Source of the DNA: an uncultured bacterium
GTDB taxonomy: Bacteria > Actinomycetota > Coriobacteriia > Coriobacteriales > Coriobacteriaceae
Reading direction: 5' to 3'
NCBI GenBank assembly: GCA_905215065.1
Contig: CAJMOF010000005.1
Location: 23,589-87,588, forward strand
DNA: 64,000 nt
Positions 20,068-29,445 of this stretch are shown here, in pieces. Position numbers and translations under genes: made by a program. The notes beneath the pieces were generated by a model, which worked only from the letters and a program-made list of their open reading frames with translations, ran no database searches and was not told where the DNA came from. The first letter of the stretch is position 1. Each line of letters opens with the position of its first letter.

Positions 20068-20706
20068 ATGGAAATCTTCAACGCGACCAACCTGCTCTAC
20101 ATCTGGGGCGGCTTTGTTAAGACCATCGAGATCTCGGCGCTGTCGATCTTTTTCTCGCTCATCTTTGGCACGGTGCTGGCGCTCGTTAAGAGTTATGCGC
20201 CCCGCCCGTTCCGTATTTTGGTGAGCGTCTATATCGAGCTGTTCCGCTGCACGCCGAACCTGCTGTGGATTCTGTTTATCTACTTTACGGTGCAGGGTTT
20301 GGACATTGTGATTTCGACCATCGCCTTTACGCTGTTTACCAGCGCTGTTATGGCCGAGATTGTGCGCGGCGGCCTCAACTCGATTCCGCGCGGCCAGTTT
20401 GAGGCAGCGCAGAGCCAAGGCTTCGGCTTTTTTGCCACCATGCGCTACATCATTCTGCCGCAGACGTTTAAGACAATCATCCCGGCGCTGTTTAGCCAGT
20501 GCACGACCGTCATTAAGGACAGCTCGTATCTTTCGGGCATTAACGTGGCCGAGCTCATGTACACGGCAAACGTCGTGATGGCCCATGCGATCGATCTGTC
20601 GCAGGTGCTTATGCTCTACGGCCTGGTGTTTGCGATGTACTTTGTGCTCAACTTTGGTATCTCGCTGCTGGTTCGAGCATATCAACGCCGTATTGTGGCA
20701 GCGTAG
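20068..20706 (+). CDS. Amino-acid ABC transporter permease (second)
   Basis: EIVRGGLNSIPRGQFEAAQSQGF EAA loop. Confidence 0.85.
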   Translation: MEIFNATNLLYIWGGFVKTIEISALSIFFSLIFGTVLALVKSYAPRPFRILVSVYIELFRCTPNLLWILFIYFTVQGLDIVISTIAFTLFTSAVMAEIVRGGLNSIPRGQFEAAQSQGFGFFATMRYIILPQTFKTIIPALFSQCTTVIKDSSYLSGINVAELMYTANVVMAHAIDLSQVLMLYGLVFAMYFVLNFGISLLVRAYQRRIVAA

Positions 20707-20754
20707 AATGTGGCAAAGGGACAGCCCCTTTGCCACACAGAGAAAGGAATCGCG

Positions 20755-21378
20755 ATGAGCGATCTGGAGAACAAGAAGAATCCTGTGGTCATTACCATCG
20801 CGCGCGACTTTGGCGCCGAGGGCCACGAGATTGGTCGCATGCTTGCCGACGAGTTGGGGATTCCGCTGTATGACAACGAGCTGCTGGTGCGTGCGTCGCT
20901 GCGCGCGGGCGAGTCGCTCGATAAGATGGCCGCCTACGACGAGCGTCTGGCTGTGGAGAACATGGCGTTTCTGCCCGACCGCTACGATGCCCGTTCGTAC
21001 TCGGACAAATTATTCCAAAAGATGAGCCAGGTGATCTTGGACCTGGGCGAGACCGAGAGCTGCATTATCGAGGGTCGTCTGTCCGATTATCTGCTGCGCA
21101 ATAATCCCAACCATATTGCCGTGCTGGTGACCGCCCCCTTTGAGGACCGCGTCGAGATTGTGCGCAAAAAGCGCGGTCTCAACAAAAAGAAGGGCGCCAA
21201 GCTGGTCAAGCAGCAGCAGAAGGCGCGCGAGGCGTTCTACAAGCGCTACAGCGCCGGCAAGTGGAAGATGACGAGCGGTAAGGACATCGTCGTCAACCGC
21301 GCCAAGCTGGGCCGCGAAGGCTGCAAAGACGTCATAGCCGCTGCCTACCGCTACAAAGTGGCTCAACTCGAAGGCTAG
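20755..21378 (+). CDS. Cytidylate kinase-like family protein
   Basis: VITIARDFGAEGHEIG..LA..LG.P.YD is typical of the cytidylate-kinase-like (AAA_28/CMK-like) family. The 20710 extension overlaps the hairpin GTGGCAAAGGG/CCCCTTTGCCAC. Confidence 0.65.
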   Translation: MSDLENKKNPVVITIARDFGAEGHEIGRMLADELGIPLYDNELLVRASLRAGESLDKMAAYDERLAVENMAFLPDRYDARSYSDKLFQKMSQVILDLGETESCIIEGRLSDYLLRNNPNHIAVLVTAPFEDRVEIVRKKRGLNKKKGAKLVKQQQKAREAFYKRYSAGKWKMTSGKDIVVNRAKLGREGCKDVIAAAYRYKVAQLEG

Positions 21379-21439
21379 CCGACCAAAAACCATCACAAAG
21401 GGTACAGGCACCTTTGTGGTGGTTGGGGCGGCCGGCATG

Positions 21440-21477
21440 GAAAAAGTCCCCGCCGGGCGTGTGCTCGACGGGGACTT
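21440..21477 (-). terminator. Rho-independent terminator of the nfnAB-like operon
   Basis: On the minus strand, AGTCCCCG..CGGGGACT is followed by TTTTT. Confidence 0.65.
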
Positions 21478-21506
21478 TGCCGTTTGGCGGCTAGTGCTGT
21501 AGGTGA

Positions 21507-22916
21507 TTACTCGCCCAGCAGGCTCTTGGTGATGGAGGCAGCGGCCTTCTTGCCGGCGCCCATCGCCAGAATGACCGTAGCGGCACCGGTGACGATGTCG
21601 CCGCCGGCCCAGATGCGGGGATCGGTGGTCTGGCCGGTCTCCTCGTCGGCGACGATGTAGCCCCACTTGTTGAGCTCCATCTTGCCGCCGATCTTGGCTG
21701 CGAAGGGGTTGGCGTTGGTGCCGATGGCCGAGATCGCGACATCGCAGGGGATCTCCTCGATGGCGCCCTCGATGGCAACCGGACGACGGCGGCCGGACTC
21801 GTCGGGCTCGCCGAGCTCCATCTTCTGGACCTTGACGGCGCACACGGAACCGTCCTCGCCAGCGACAAACTCGAGCGGGGAAACGAGCGGCAGGACCTCG
21901 ACGCCCTCGGCCTTAGCGTGGTGCAGCTCGGCGCGACGGCAGGGCATTTCGTCCTCGGTACGACGGTAGGCGATGATGGCGTGCTCGGCGCCCAGGCGCT
22001 TGGCGGTACGGACGGCGTCCATAGCCACGTTGCCGCCACCAAAGACGACGACGTTCTTGCCGTGCTTGGTGGGGGTGTCGTACTCGGGGAACTTGTTGGC
22101 CTTCATCAGGTTTACGCGGGTGAGGTACTCGTTGGCGAAGAAGACGTTGGGCAGGTTCTCGCCGGGGACGTTGAGGAACTTGGGCAGGCCTGCGCCGGTC
22201 GCCACGTAGATGGCGTCGAAGCCCTGCTCGAACAGCTCCTCGGCCGTGGCCATGTTGCCCACGACGGAGTTGTACTCAAACTTGACGCCCATGTCCTCCA
22301 GGCCGTCGATCTCGCGCTTGACGACTGCCTTGGGCAGACGGAACTCGGGGATGCCGTAGACCAGCACGCCGCCGCCGGTGAAGAAGGCCTCGAAGACGGT
22401 GACGTCAAAGCCGTTGCGGGCGAGCTCGCCGGCGCAGGTGATGCCGGACGGGCCGGAGCCGACGACGGCGACCTTTTTGCCGTTCTTGGGGGCCATCTTG
22501 GGCGTGGAGGCGAGCTCGGGGCGGTCACCCAGGAAGCGCTCGAGCTGGCCGATGGCCACGGGCTCGGACTTCTTGCCACGGATGCACTTGCCCTCGCACT
22601 GGTTCTCCTGCGGGCAGACGCGGCCGCAGATGGCGGGAAGCATAGAGTCCTCGCGGATGGTATCGAGGGCGCCGCCGAAGTCCTTCTCGCGGATCTGCTC
22701 GATAAAGCGGGGGATGTTGATGTTGACGGGGCAGCCCTCAACACAGAACGGCTTCTTGCAGTTGAGGCAGCGCTCGGCCTCGGCCAGCGCCATCTCCTCG
22801 GTGAAGCCCTTGTCGACGGGGCGGAAGTCGCAGGCGCGCTCGGCAGCCGGCTCCTCGTTATCGGGGGTGCGGGGCGACTTCATATCGGCAACGAAACGAC
22901 CGTTAACTAGTGGCAT
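21507..22916 (-). CDS. nfnB: NADPH-dependent glutamate-synthase-beta/NfnB/SudA-like FAD oxidoreductase
   Basis: Two N-terminal Fe-S Cys clusters (CLNCKKPFCVEGCP, CGRVCPQENQCEGKC). Two dinucleotide folds (VAVVGSGPSG, VVVFGGGNVAMD). Confidence 0.75.
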   Translation of the reverse strand: MPLVNGRFVADMKSPRTPDNEEPAAERACDFRPVDKGFTEEMALAEAERCLNCKKPFCVEGCPVNINIPRFIEQIREKDFGGALDTIREDSMLPAICGRVCPQENQCEGKCIRGKKSEPVAIGQLERFLGDRPELASTPKMAPKNGKKVAVVGSGPSGITCAGELARNGFDVTVFEAFFTGGGVLVYGIPEFRLPKAVVKREIDGLEDMGVKFEYNSVVGNMATAEELFEQGFDAIYVATGAGLPKFLNVPGENLPNVFFANEYLTRVNLMKANKFPEYDTPTKHGKNVVVFGGGNVAMDAVRTAKRLGAEHAIIAYRRTEDEMPCRRAELHHAKAEGVEVLPLVSPLEFVAGEDGSVCAVKVQKMELGEPDESGRRRPVAIEGAIEEIPCDVAISAIGTNANPFAAKIGGKMELNKWGYIVADEETGQTTDPRIWAGGDIVTGAATVILAMGAGKKAAASITKSLLGE

Positions 22917-23746
22917 GCGCAGCTCTTTTCCTCATAAGCCTTGAGGGACTCGCCCTCTTCGGAACGGTAAGCGGCCTGGCGGGCACGAAGGTCATCCCAG
23001 TCGACCAGGGTGGCATCGAAGTCGGGGCCGTCGACGCAAGCGAACTTGGTCACGCCGCCCACCTCGACGCGGCAGCAGCCGCACATGCCGGTGCCGTCAA
23101 CCATGATGGGGTTGAGCGACGCGGTGATGGGGGTGTCGTACTTCTGGGCGGTGAGGGTCGAGAACTTCATCATCGGAACGGGGCCGACGCAGAAGACCTG
23201 GCTTACGGCCTTGTCCTGCAGCAGGCGCTCCAGCGGAGCAGTGACAACGCCCTGCTCGCCGTAGGAACCGTCGTCAGTGGTGATGTGGATGTGGTCCTCG
23301 TCGAGGAGCTCGCGGAACTGGTCCTCCATGAGCAGGAGGTCCTTGGTGCGGGCGCCCATGATGGCGTGCACCTCGTGACCGGTCTCGACCAGGTGCTTGG
23401 CGACCGGGAAGGCAATTGCCAGGCCGACGCCGCCGCCAATGACGGCGCAGGGGCCCTCGGCCATCTCGGTGGGAACGCCCAGCGGGCCCACGACGTCGCG
23501 CAGCGACTCGCCGGCCTCGTAGGTGGACAGCATCTCGGTGGTCTTGCCGATCACCATGAAGATGAACTCGACCCAGCCCTCGTCACCGTTCCAGCCGGCC
23601 AGGGTAAACGGGACGCGCTCGCCCGTCTCGTTGGCGCGGACCATGAGGAACTGTCCAGCGTGCGCATGCTTGGCGATTGCAGGCGCCTCGATGCGGAACT
23701 TGAACACCTTCTCCGAGAACTGCGTCTTCTCCAGGATCTTATACAT
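22907..23746 (-). CDS. nfnA: Ferredoxin-NADP reductase-like subunit (NfnA/SudB, PyrK-like)
   Basis: FAD/NAD-binding PyrK-type fold (RVPFTLA, VIGGGVGLA). C-terminal 2Fe-2S motif CGCCRV..C. Overlaps nfnB by 10 nt. Confidence 0.72.
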   Translation of the reverse strand: MYKILEKTQFSEKVFKFRIEAPAIAKHAHAGQFLMVRANETGERVPFTLAGWNGDEGWVEFIFMVIGKTTEMLSTYEAGESLRDVVGPLGVPTEMAEGPCAVIGGGVGLAIAFPVAKHLVETGHEVHAIMGARTKDLLLMEDQFRELLDEDHIHITTDDGSYGEQGVVTAPLERLLQDKAVSQVFCVGPVPMMKFSTLTAQKYDTPITASLNPIMVDGTGMCGCCRVEVGGVTKFACVDGPDFDATLVDWDDLRARQAAYRSEEGESLKAYEEKSCACH

Positions 23747-23918
23747 AGAACCCCTCTCTTGTTAGGGCTGCCGAACCGTGCCTCCACGGAAATGGACGGC
23801 AGCCCGAATAAAACCGTACGCGCACAGGCGTTGTGCAGACATACGGTGCAAATTATACCCTCATGGGCATGTCGCTTACGTGTGTCTTCGGCGGTTGGGA
23901 AAAGGGTTTATCCACTTC

Positions 23919-23957
23919 GACCTACCAAATAGGGATAGGTTTATTTTGGTCGGTTTT
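23919..23957. repeat. REP-like palindromic element, copy 2
   Basis: ACCTACCAAATAGGGATAGGTTTATTTTGGTCGGTTTT aligns with the copy at 12859. Confidence 0.55.
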
Positions 23958-24081
23958 ATCAGGCAAAACGGCAAAGGGGGCCGGCCTCGGGTTGTGATGA
24001 GGCCGGCCCCCTTTGGGGTGTTATGCGTGTATGGCGGCGCGGGGTTTATTGCGATGCGGCCACCGGGGCGTTTACGCAGAT

Positions 24082-24120
24082 AAAACCTGCCAAAATTAAC
24101 ATCCCTAAATGGTAGGTTTT
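24082..24120. repeat. REP-like palindromic element, copy 3 (inverted, overlaps the pth stop codon)
   Basis: AAAACCTGCCAAAATTAACATCCCTAAATGGTAGGTTTT. Its reverse complement aligns with copy 1. Confidence 0.6.
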
Positions 24121-24748
24121 AGTGCTTGCCGTTGGCGGAAGCGGCGCCGTTTACGTGATCGCGGGCGTAGATTACGCCGTGGACGATGGCCAGACCGGCG
24201 GCATCTGCGGCGCGGGCGCAGGTGTCCTGGAAGTCCTCGGCTTCGCGGGCGCGCAGCTGCTTGAGCACGTAGTCTGCCACGGCCATCTTGCCGGGAGGGT
24301 TGCCGATGCCGGTGCGAATGCGACTAAAGTCGCGGCTGCCCATCTTGTCGATGATGGAGCGCAGGCCGTTGTGGCCGGCGTGGCCACCGCCCACCTTAAC
24401 ACGTACGTCGCCGGCGGGAATGTCGAGCTCGTCGTGAATCACGAGCAGCTCCTCGGCCTTGATCTTGTATTCGTGGCAGAGCTTAGAGATGGGGCCGCCT
24501 GAGGTGTTCATGTACGACTGCGGCTTGACCAGCACAATTTGGCGCTTGCCGCCCTCTTCCTCGGCATCGTTGATATTGATGAGCGCGACCTCGGCGCCTG
24601 CCTGGTTTTTCCAGTACGTGACGCCGGCCTGACGGGCCAGCTCGTCGATCGCCTTAAAGCCGGCGTTGTGGCGGGTCTCGGCATACTCATCGCCAGGGTT
24701 GCCAAGTCCGGCAACCATGCGAATCTTAAGCGGCTGTGCAGCTGCCAT
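24119..24748 (-). CDS. pth: Peptidyl-tRNA hydrolase
   Basis: GLGNPG..Y..TRHNAGF and GGHAGHNGLRS motifs. GAAAGGA lies 5 nt upstream of ATG 24748. Alternative ATG at 24754. The 24853 ORF extension is unlikely. Confidence 0.9.
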   Translation of the reverse strand: MAAAQPLKIRMVAGLGNPGDEYAETRHNAGFKAIDELARQAGVTYWKNQAGAEVALININDAEEEGGKRQIVLVKPQSYMNTSGGPISKLCHEYKIKAEELLVIHDELDIPAGDVRVKVGGGHAGHNGLRSIIDKMGSRDFSRIRTGIGNPPGKMAVADYVLKQLRAREAEDFQDTCARAADAAGLAIVHGVIYARDHVNGAASANGKH

Positions 24749-24861
24749 GTTCATCCTTTCGTTGATTTGTCGCCTGCTATGGTGAGCGACCCTGTTGCCG
24801 CTGTCAAATGGAGGGCAATTGAGGTTGTTTGGGGGCGTTTGGACGGCCGTCAAAATCCGAG

Positions 24862-25067
24862 GTGGACAGTTAGTTCAGATACGTATAAGTTCTGAGGACT
24901 CGAAGTGCTTAATTCGATGCCGATACGTTGTTTTGGAGCTTTAGTTGGTCCATATGACGCTGTTTTGAAGTCTACCCTGCCTTCAAATAGGGCGAATGGT
25001 ATAGAGATAACTGCAAAACAGTCTAATTCAATGTGTCCATTTATACGTATTTGAACTAACTGTCCAG
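24862..25067. mobile_element. MITE-like element, family 1, copy B
   Basis: GTGGACAGTTAGTTCAGATACGTATAA ... TTATACGTATTTGAACTAACTGTCCAG. Confidence 0.8.
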
Positions 25068-25099
25068 CCCTGCTCGACGGCGCACGGGTGATTCGCCGT

Positions 25100-26227
25100 T
25101 TAGACCGGCGCGAGGCCGATTCCGGCCCGCAGAGCGTTGAGCCAAGCGGCCTGACGTTTGCGATAACCCTTGATGCGATAGCGGAACCGAACCCCAGCAA
25201 GTCGATGCATCGTCTGGGCGAAGGCTTCGAGCGCAACAAGGTCTTTCATTTGGTCGCGATTGATAACCAGGACGTGGATACCCATGGCTTTAAGGCCATT
25301 GTTGCGATTGCCATCGTGGATGCGAGCATTTTGAAGCTCATGCCCAATTCCGTTGTATTCGTTGTCGACTCCTGCAGCTGGGCAATATAAGTCGCAGATG
25401 GCATAGGGGATGCCGGAGGACATGTTGACCGCAAGAGTGTCGAAGTCGATTCGATGGTTGAGTAGCAGGCCTCCCATGGGCAGGCTGCAACATCCGAATC
25501 CGCCAAAGCGCATGGGCGCTCCGAGAACGGCAAACATTAGGGATTCGGCTGGGGATGCAGATCCGGGTCGGGCGAGATTGACTGCCGTGCGAAACGAGGT
25601 GTATGAGCTACTTTTGGCGAAGCGCGCGACCGCCTCAAGCTCTTCGATAGTTGTGGCGGGCTCGCATTTGTAGTGCGCCTGTTCGTAGCGGGTTTCGGTC
25701 TGCTGTTCGGCCGCCGACTGGTCGCACCGGCAATCGAGGTCGTCCATCGCTTCGTAGCCATCGCCCTTGGGCCAGATGTCGTCATAGGCAATGGGGTATG
25801 TTGCCCCGGGAGGAAGGGAGTAGGTTCCGAGCAGTTCCATGAGAAGCATCAAGGTTTTGGCGACTGATTCATTTTTGGAACAAAGCATGGCTGTCATGGC
25901 AGGAGACGTTGCGTAGATGTCGGCCTCGACGTGCATAATTGCACCTTCAGGAAGCGGAGCGGAGAGAATATGCTGAAGAAGTCGCTTGTCGGGGCGTCTG
26001 TTGTCTTCGTCTGAAACGAGAAGATCGAGCAGTTCGGAATCATCTTCATTCCAGGCGTCGAGTATTGAAAGTGCGTCAAAGTCTATCGCGTCATTATTGG
26101 GAATGCAGCTAGCCAAGGCCTGTGCTTGCTGTTCACTATCAACGGAGTCCCAAGGTAGGGCAGAGTACGCCCGTCGTGCGCGACGAATTGCGCGGAGGGC
26201 GGAGAGATGTGAAATCACGGTCGTCAT
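25100..26227 (-). CDS. Hypothetical protein with a C-terminal DUF559/Vsr-like (PD-(D/E)xK) endonuclease-type region
   Basis: C-terminus YAICDLYCPAAGVDNEYNGIGHE..R.HDGNRNNGLKAMGIHVLVI fits the D..E.(D/N)G..H...D..R...L...G pattern of DUF559. Codons look visibly more AT-rich than in the neighbours. Bracketed by MITE copies B and C. Confidence 0.5.
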   Translation of the reverse strand: MTTVISHLSALRAIRRARRAYSALPWDSVDSEQQAQALASCIPNNDAIDFDALSILDAWNEDDSELLDLLVSDEDNRRPDKRLLQHILSAPLPEGAIMHVEADIYATSPAMTAMLCSKNESVAKTLMLLMELLGTYSLPPGATYPIAYDDIWPKGDGYEAMDDLDCRCDQSAAEQQTETRYEQAHYKCEPATTIEELEAVARFAKSSSYTSFRTAVNLARPGSASPAESLMFAVLGAPMRFGGFGCCSLPMGGLLLNHRIDFDTLAVNMSSGIPYAICDLYCPAAGVDNEYNGIGHELQNARIHDGNRNNGLKAMGIHVLVINRDQMKDLVALEAFAQTMHRLAGVRFRYRIKGYRKRQAAWLNALRAGIGLAPV

Positions 26228-26389
26228 AGCTATAACGTACTAAGTTGGCGGCAGAATGCGACCGCCATACCGTTCTTTTCGCTCAGCAGGGCGCTGCGCG
26301 CCATGAACGGCTGGGTGTTATGAAATCGGTGGAATCGGTTGAGGGGATTGCAGGAAATTGAGCTCTGCCGCGAAGGTTGACGATAGCTA

Positions 26390-26595
26390 CTGGACAGTTA
26401 GTTCAGATACGTATAAGGCAGCGGGCGTTCGAGGCGTTTCTAAGGGCCTTTGAGGGCGATTTGAGGGTAAATATGCGGAGGTTGTACTCGAAAACGATGA
26501 GCTTTGGGCGGCATGGCATCCGCCGGGGAGCTCAGAAGGCTCCGAACGGCCCTTTGGGGCTTTAAAAAAATACGTATCTGAACTAATTGTCCAGG
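26390..26595. mobile_element. MITE-like element, family 1, copy C
   Basis: CTGGACAGTTAGTTCAGATACGTATAA ... AAATACGTATCTGAACTAATTGTCCAG. Confidence 0.8.
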
Positions 26596-26613
26596 GAAGG
26601 TTGGCGAGGGATA

Positions 26614-26648
26614 GAAAAAGGGTCGGAAGCGAGCTTCCGACCCTTTAA
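26614..26648 (-). terminator. Rho-independent terminator of prs
   Basis: GGGTCGGAAG CGAG CTTCCGACCC with a T-run on the minus strand (AAAAA at 26616-26620). Confidence 0.7.
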
Positions 26649-26679
26649 AAGCATCAAAGATGATGCGATGCGCGGCAGA

Positions 26680-27666
26680 CTACAGCGCGAAGTCGCCGCC
26701 GACGAGCGTGGAGACGGGCTCCTCGTGGTAAACGGCGGAGATGGCCTGAGCGAACTCCTCGGCGACCGAGATGGTCTTGATCTTGCCGCCGACCTCGACG
26801 GGGATGGCGTCGGTGACGACGCACTCGACGATGGGGGCGTCGTTCAGACGCTCGATGGCCGGACCGGAGAAGATGCCGTGGGTGGCGCAGACGTAGATGT
26901 CGCCAGCGCCCATAGCCTTGAGCTCCTTGACGTTGGCGCACAGGGTGCCAGCGGTGTCGATCATGTCGTCGTTGATGATGCAGGTCTTGCCCTTGATGTC
27001 ACCGATGATGCCCATGACCTCGGCGGCGTTGTGGCGCGGACGACCCTTGTGGGCAATGGCCAGGTCGCAGCCGAGCATATCGGACAGCTTCTTGGCGGCC
27101 TTGGCGCGACCCACGTCGGGGGAGACGACAACCAGGTTGTCGGTGTCGAAGTTCATGGCGTTGTAGTACTGGCCAAACAGCGGCAGTGCGGACAGGTGGT
27201 TAACCGGGATATCGAAGAAGCCCTGGATCTGGCCCTGGTGCAGGTCGAGGGTGATGATGCGGTTGACGCCGGCACGCTCGAGCAGGTTGGCGACGAGGCG
27301 GGCGGTGATGGGCTCGCGCGGGCCGGCCTTGCGGTCCTGGCGGGCATAGCCGTAGTGGGTGATAACGGCGGTGATGGAGCGGGCGGATGCGCGCTTGGCA
27401 GCGTCGGTGGCGATGAGCAGCTCCATGAGCATGTCGTTGACGTTGCCGCCGGCCACGGACTGAATCAGGAAGACGTCGGCGCCGCGGACGGTCTCGTCGT
27501 AGCGGGCGTAAATCTCACCATTGGCGAACTGCTTTAGCGTAAGGCCCGAAAGCTCGACCCCAAGGTACTCAGCAATCTTCTGAGCGAGGGGACGGTTGGA
27601 GGAACCGGAATACACGCGGATGGACTTGCGCATATTCTCCGACTTCTCGGGATCATTAATCGGCAT
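26680..27666 (-). CDS. prs: Ribose-phosphate pyrophosphokinase
   Basis: VYSGSSN..LA..I, YARQDRK and the PRPP loop IINDDMIDTAGT. Alternative start at 27633. Confidence 0.92.
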   Translation of the reverse strand: MPINDPEKSENMRKSIRVYSGSSNRPLAQKIAEYLGVELSGLTLKQFANGEIYARYDETVRGADVFLIQSVAGGNVNDMLMELLIATDAAKRASARSITAVITHYGYARQDRKAGPREPITARLVANLLERAGVNRIITLDLHQGQIQGFFDIPVNHLSALPLFGQYYNAMNFDTDNLVVVSPDVGRAKAAKKLSDMLGCDLAIAHKGRPRHNAAEVMGIIGDIKGKTCIINDDMIDTAGTLCANVKELKAMGAGDIYVCATHGIFSGPAIERLNDAPIVECVVTDAIPVEVGGKIKTISVAEEFAQAISAVYHEEPVSTLVGGDFAL

Positions 27667-27857
27667 TACCCTTCTCCTTTATATCGAATGCCATATAGAT
27701 GCCTTGTTGCATTGTAACCGCGCGACGGGGCTTATCGGGTCTTGATAACGTCTTTACCGTCAACGGACACGAACCGACCACTCATCCGGTTGCGCAGGTC
27801 ACGATAGAAAAAGGAGCCGCCCCCATGGGAACAGCTCCTTAGATGCTTGGTAAAACG

Positions 27858-29270
27858 TTATACCTCGTCGTCCTCGTGCAGACGGCGGCGATAATCGGCG
27901 GCCCAGCCCTCAATATTTACCTGACGGGCGCGGCCCAGACCGAGTGCGTCGGCCGGGACCGGCTCGGTGATGACGGAGCCGGCGGCCACGAGCGCGCCGT
28001 CGCCGATCTGGGCGGGCGCGACCATCATGGTGTCGGAACCGATGAAGGCATCCTTGCCGATGACGGTCTTGTGCTTGTGGACGCCGTCGTAGTTGCAGGT
28101 GATGGAGCCCGCGCCCACGTTGACGCCGGAGCCCATGGTAGTGTCGCCGATGTAGGACAGGTGCGGCACCTTGGAGCCCTCGCCGATCGTGGACTTCTTG
28201 ATCTCCACGTGCGTGCCGGCCTTGGATCCGTCGAGCATGTGGGTGCCCGGGCGCAGGTAGGCGCGCGGGCCGCAGTCGACGCCGTTCTCGATGACGGCCT
28301 CGATGGCGATGGTCTCATCGATGGTGCAGCCGCTGCCGACGGTGGTGTTGGTGAGGCGGCTGTTGGGGCCGAGCTGGCACTCCTCGCCCACGGTGACGTG
28401 GCCGATCAGGTGCGTCTGCGGCCACACGACGGTGTCGCGGCCGATGACGGCGTCGGGGCCGATCCAGGCCTGCGTGGGGTCGATGAAGGTGACGCCCTCG
28501 GCCATCCAGTGCTCGTTGATGCGGTCGCGAGCGATGGCAGTGAGCTGCGCGAGCTGGATGCGGCTGTTGACGCCCAGGCCATCGCGGTAGTCGTCGCAGT
28601 GGAAGATGGAGACCGCCTGGCCGTGACCCTTGAGGATCTCGAGCATGTCGGGCAGGTAGTACTCGGCCTGCGCGTTGTCGTTGCCGATCTCGTCAATGTG
28701 GGCGGCGAGCTGCGCGCCGTCGAAGGCGTAGCAGCCGGCGTTGCACTCCAGCAGCGTGGCGGCCTGCTCGGGCGTGCAGTCCTTCTGCTCGATGATGCGC
28801 TCGATCTGGCCGTCGGCGCCCAGCTTGATGCGGCCGTAGCCAAAGGGGTCGGGCGGGGTCATGGTCATGACGGTGCAGGCGAGCTCGCCGGTGGCGACGG
28901 TCTGCGCGAACTTGGCGACGGTGTCGGCGGTGATGAGCGGCAGGTCGCCGTTGAGCACGACGACCGGATCCTCGGCGATGCCGCAGGCCTCGAGCGCGAC
29001 CTTTACGGCGTGGCCGGTGCCCAGGCGCTCGGTCTGCTCAACGCACTCGACCTTGGTGGCGCTGTTGGCGTAGGCGCCGTCGATAAGGGCGCGCATCTCG
29101 TCGGCGTGGCTGCCAATGACGACCACGACGCGGCTGCAGCCGGCCTTGATGGTGGCGTCGACGATCCACTGGACCATGGGCTTACCCAGGATCTTGTGCG
29201 AAACCTTGCAGTGGTTCGACTTCATGCGGGTGCCCTCGCCGGCGGCGAGGATAATTGCAGTTGCGTCCAT
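27858..29270 (-). CDS. glmU: Bifunctional UDP-N-acetylglucosamine pyrophosphorylase / GlcN-1-P acetyltransferase
   Basis: AIILAAGEGTRMKS N-terminal signature and C-terminal left-handed beta-helix hexapeptide repeats. ATG 29270 is preceded by AGGAGA. The 29498 extension is rejected. Confidence 0.92.
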   Translation of the reverse strand: MDATAIILAAGEGTRMKSNHCKVSHKILGKPMVQWIVDATIKAGCSRVVVVIGSHADEMRALIDGAYANSATKVECVEQTERLGTGHAVKVALEACGIAEDPVVVLNGDLPLITADTVAKFAQTVATGELACTVMTMTPPDPFGYGRIKLGADGQIERIIEQKDCTPEQAATLLECNAGCYAFDGAQLAAHIDEIGNDNAQAEYYLPDMLEILKGHGQAVSIFHCDDYRDGLGVNSRIQLAQLTAIARDRINEHWMAEGVTFIDPTQAWIGPDAVIGRDTVVWPQTHLIGHVTVGEECQLGPNSRLTNTTVGSGCTIDETIAIEAVIENGVDCGPRAYLRPGTHMLDGSKAGTHVEIKKSTIGEGSKVPHLSYIGDTTMGSGVNVGAGSITCNYDGVHKHKTVIGKDAFIGSDTMMVAPAQIGDGALVAAGSVITEPVPADALGLGRARQVNIEGWAADYRRRLHEDDEV

Positions 29271-29445
29271 GTGATCTCCTGTTACGTTATAGAGACGTGT
29301 GTTTGGAAACGATACACGGCGCAATATGATACCGCAGGCATATGATGAGCGCGTAACGATTGGCGCGTGGCGGCCGATGTCGGTGCCGCCGGCGTGGCGT
29401 TTGCGCTGGTTGTGCATGGCGGTGACGTCACTACGGCGCTGACGT

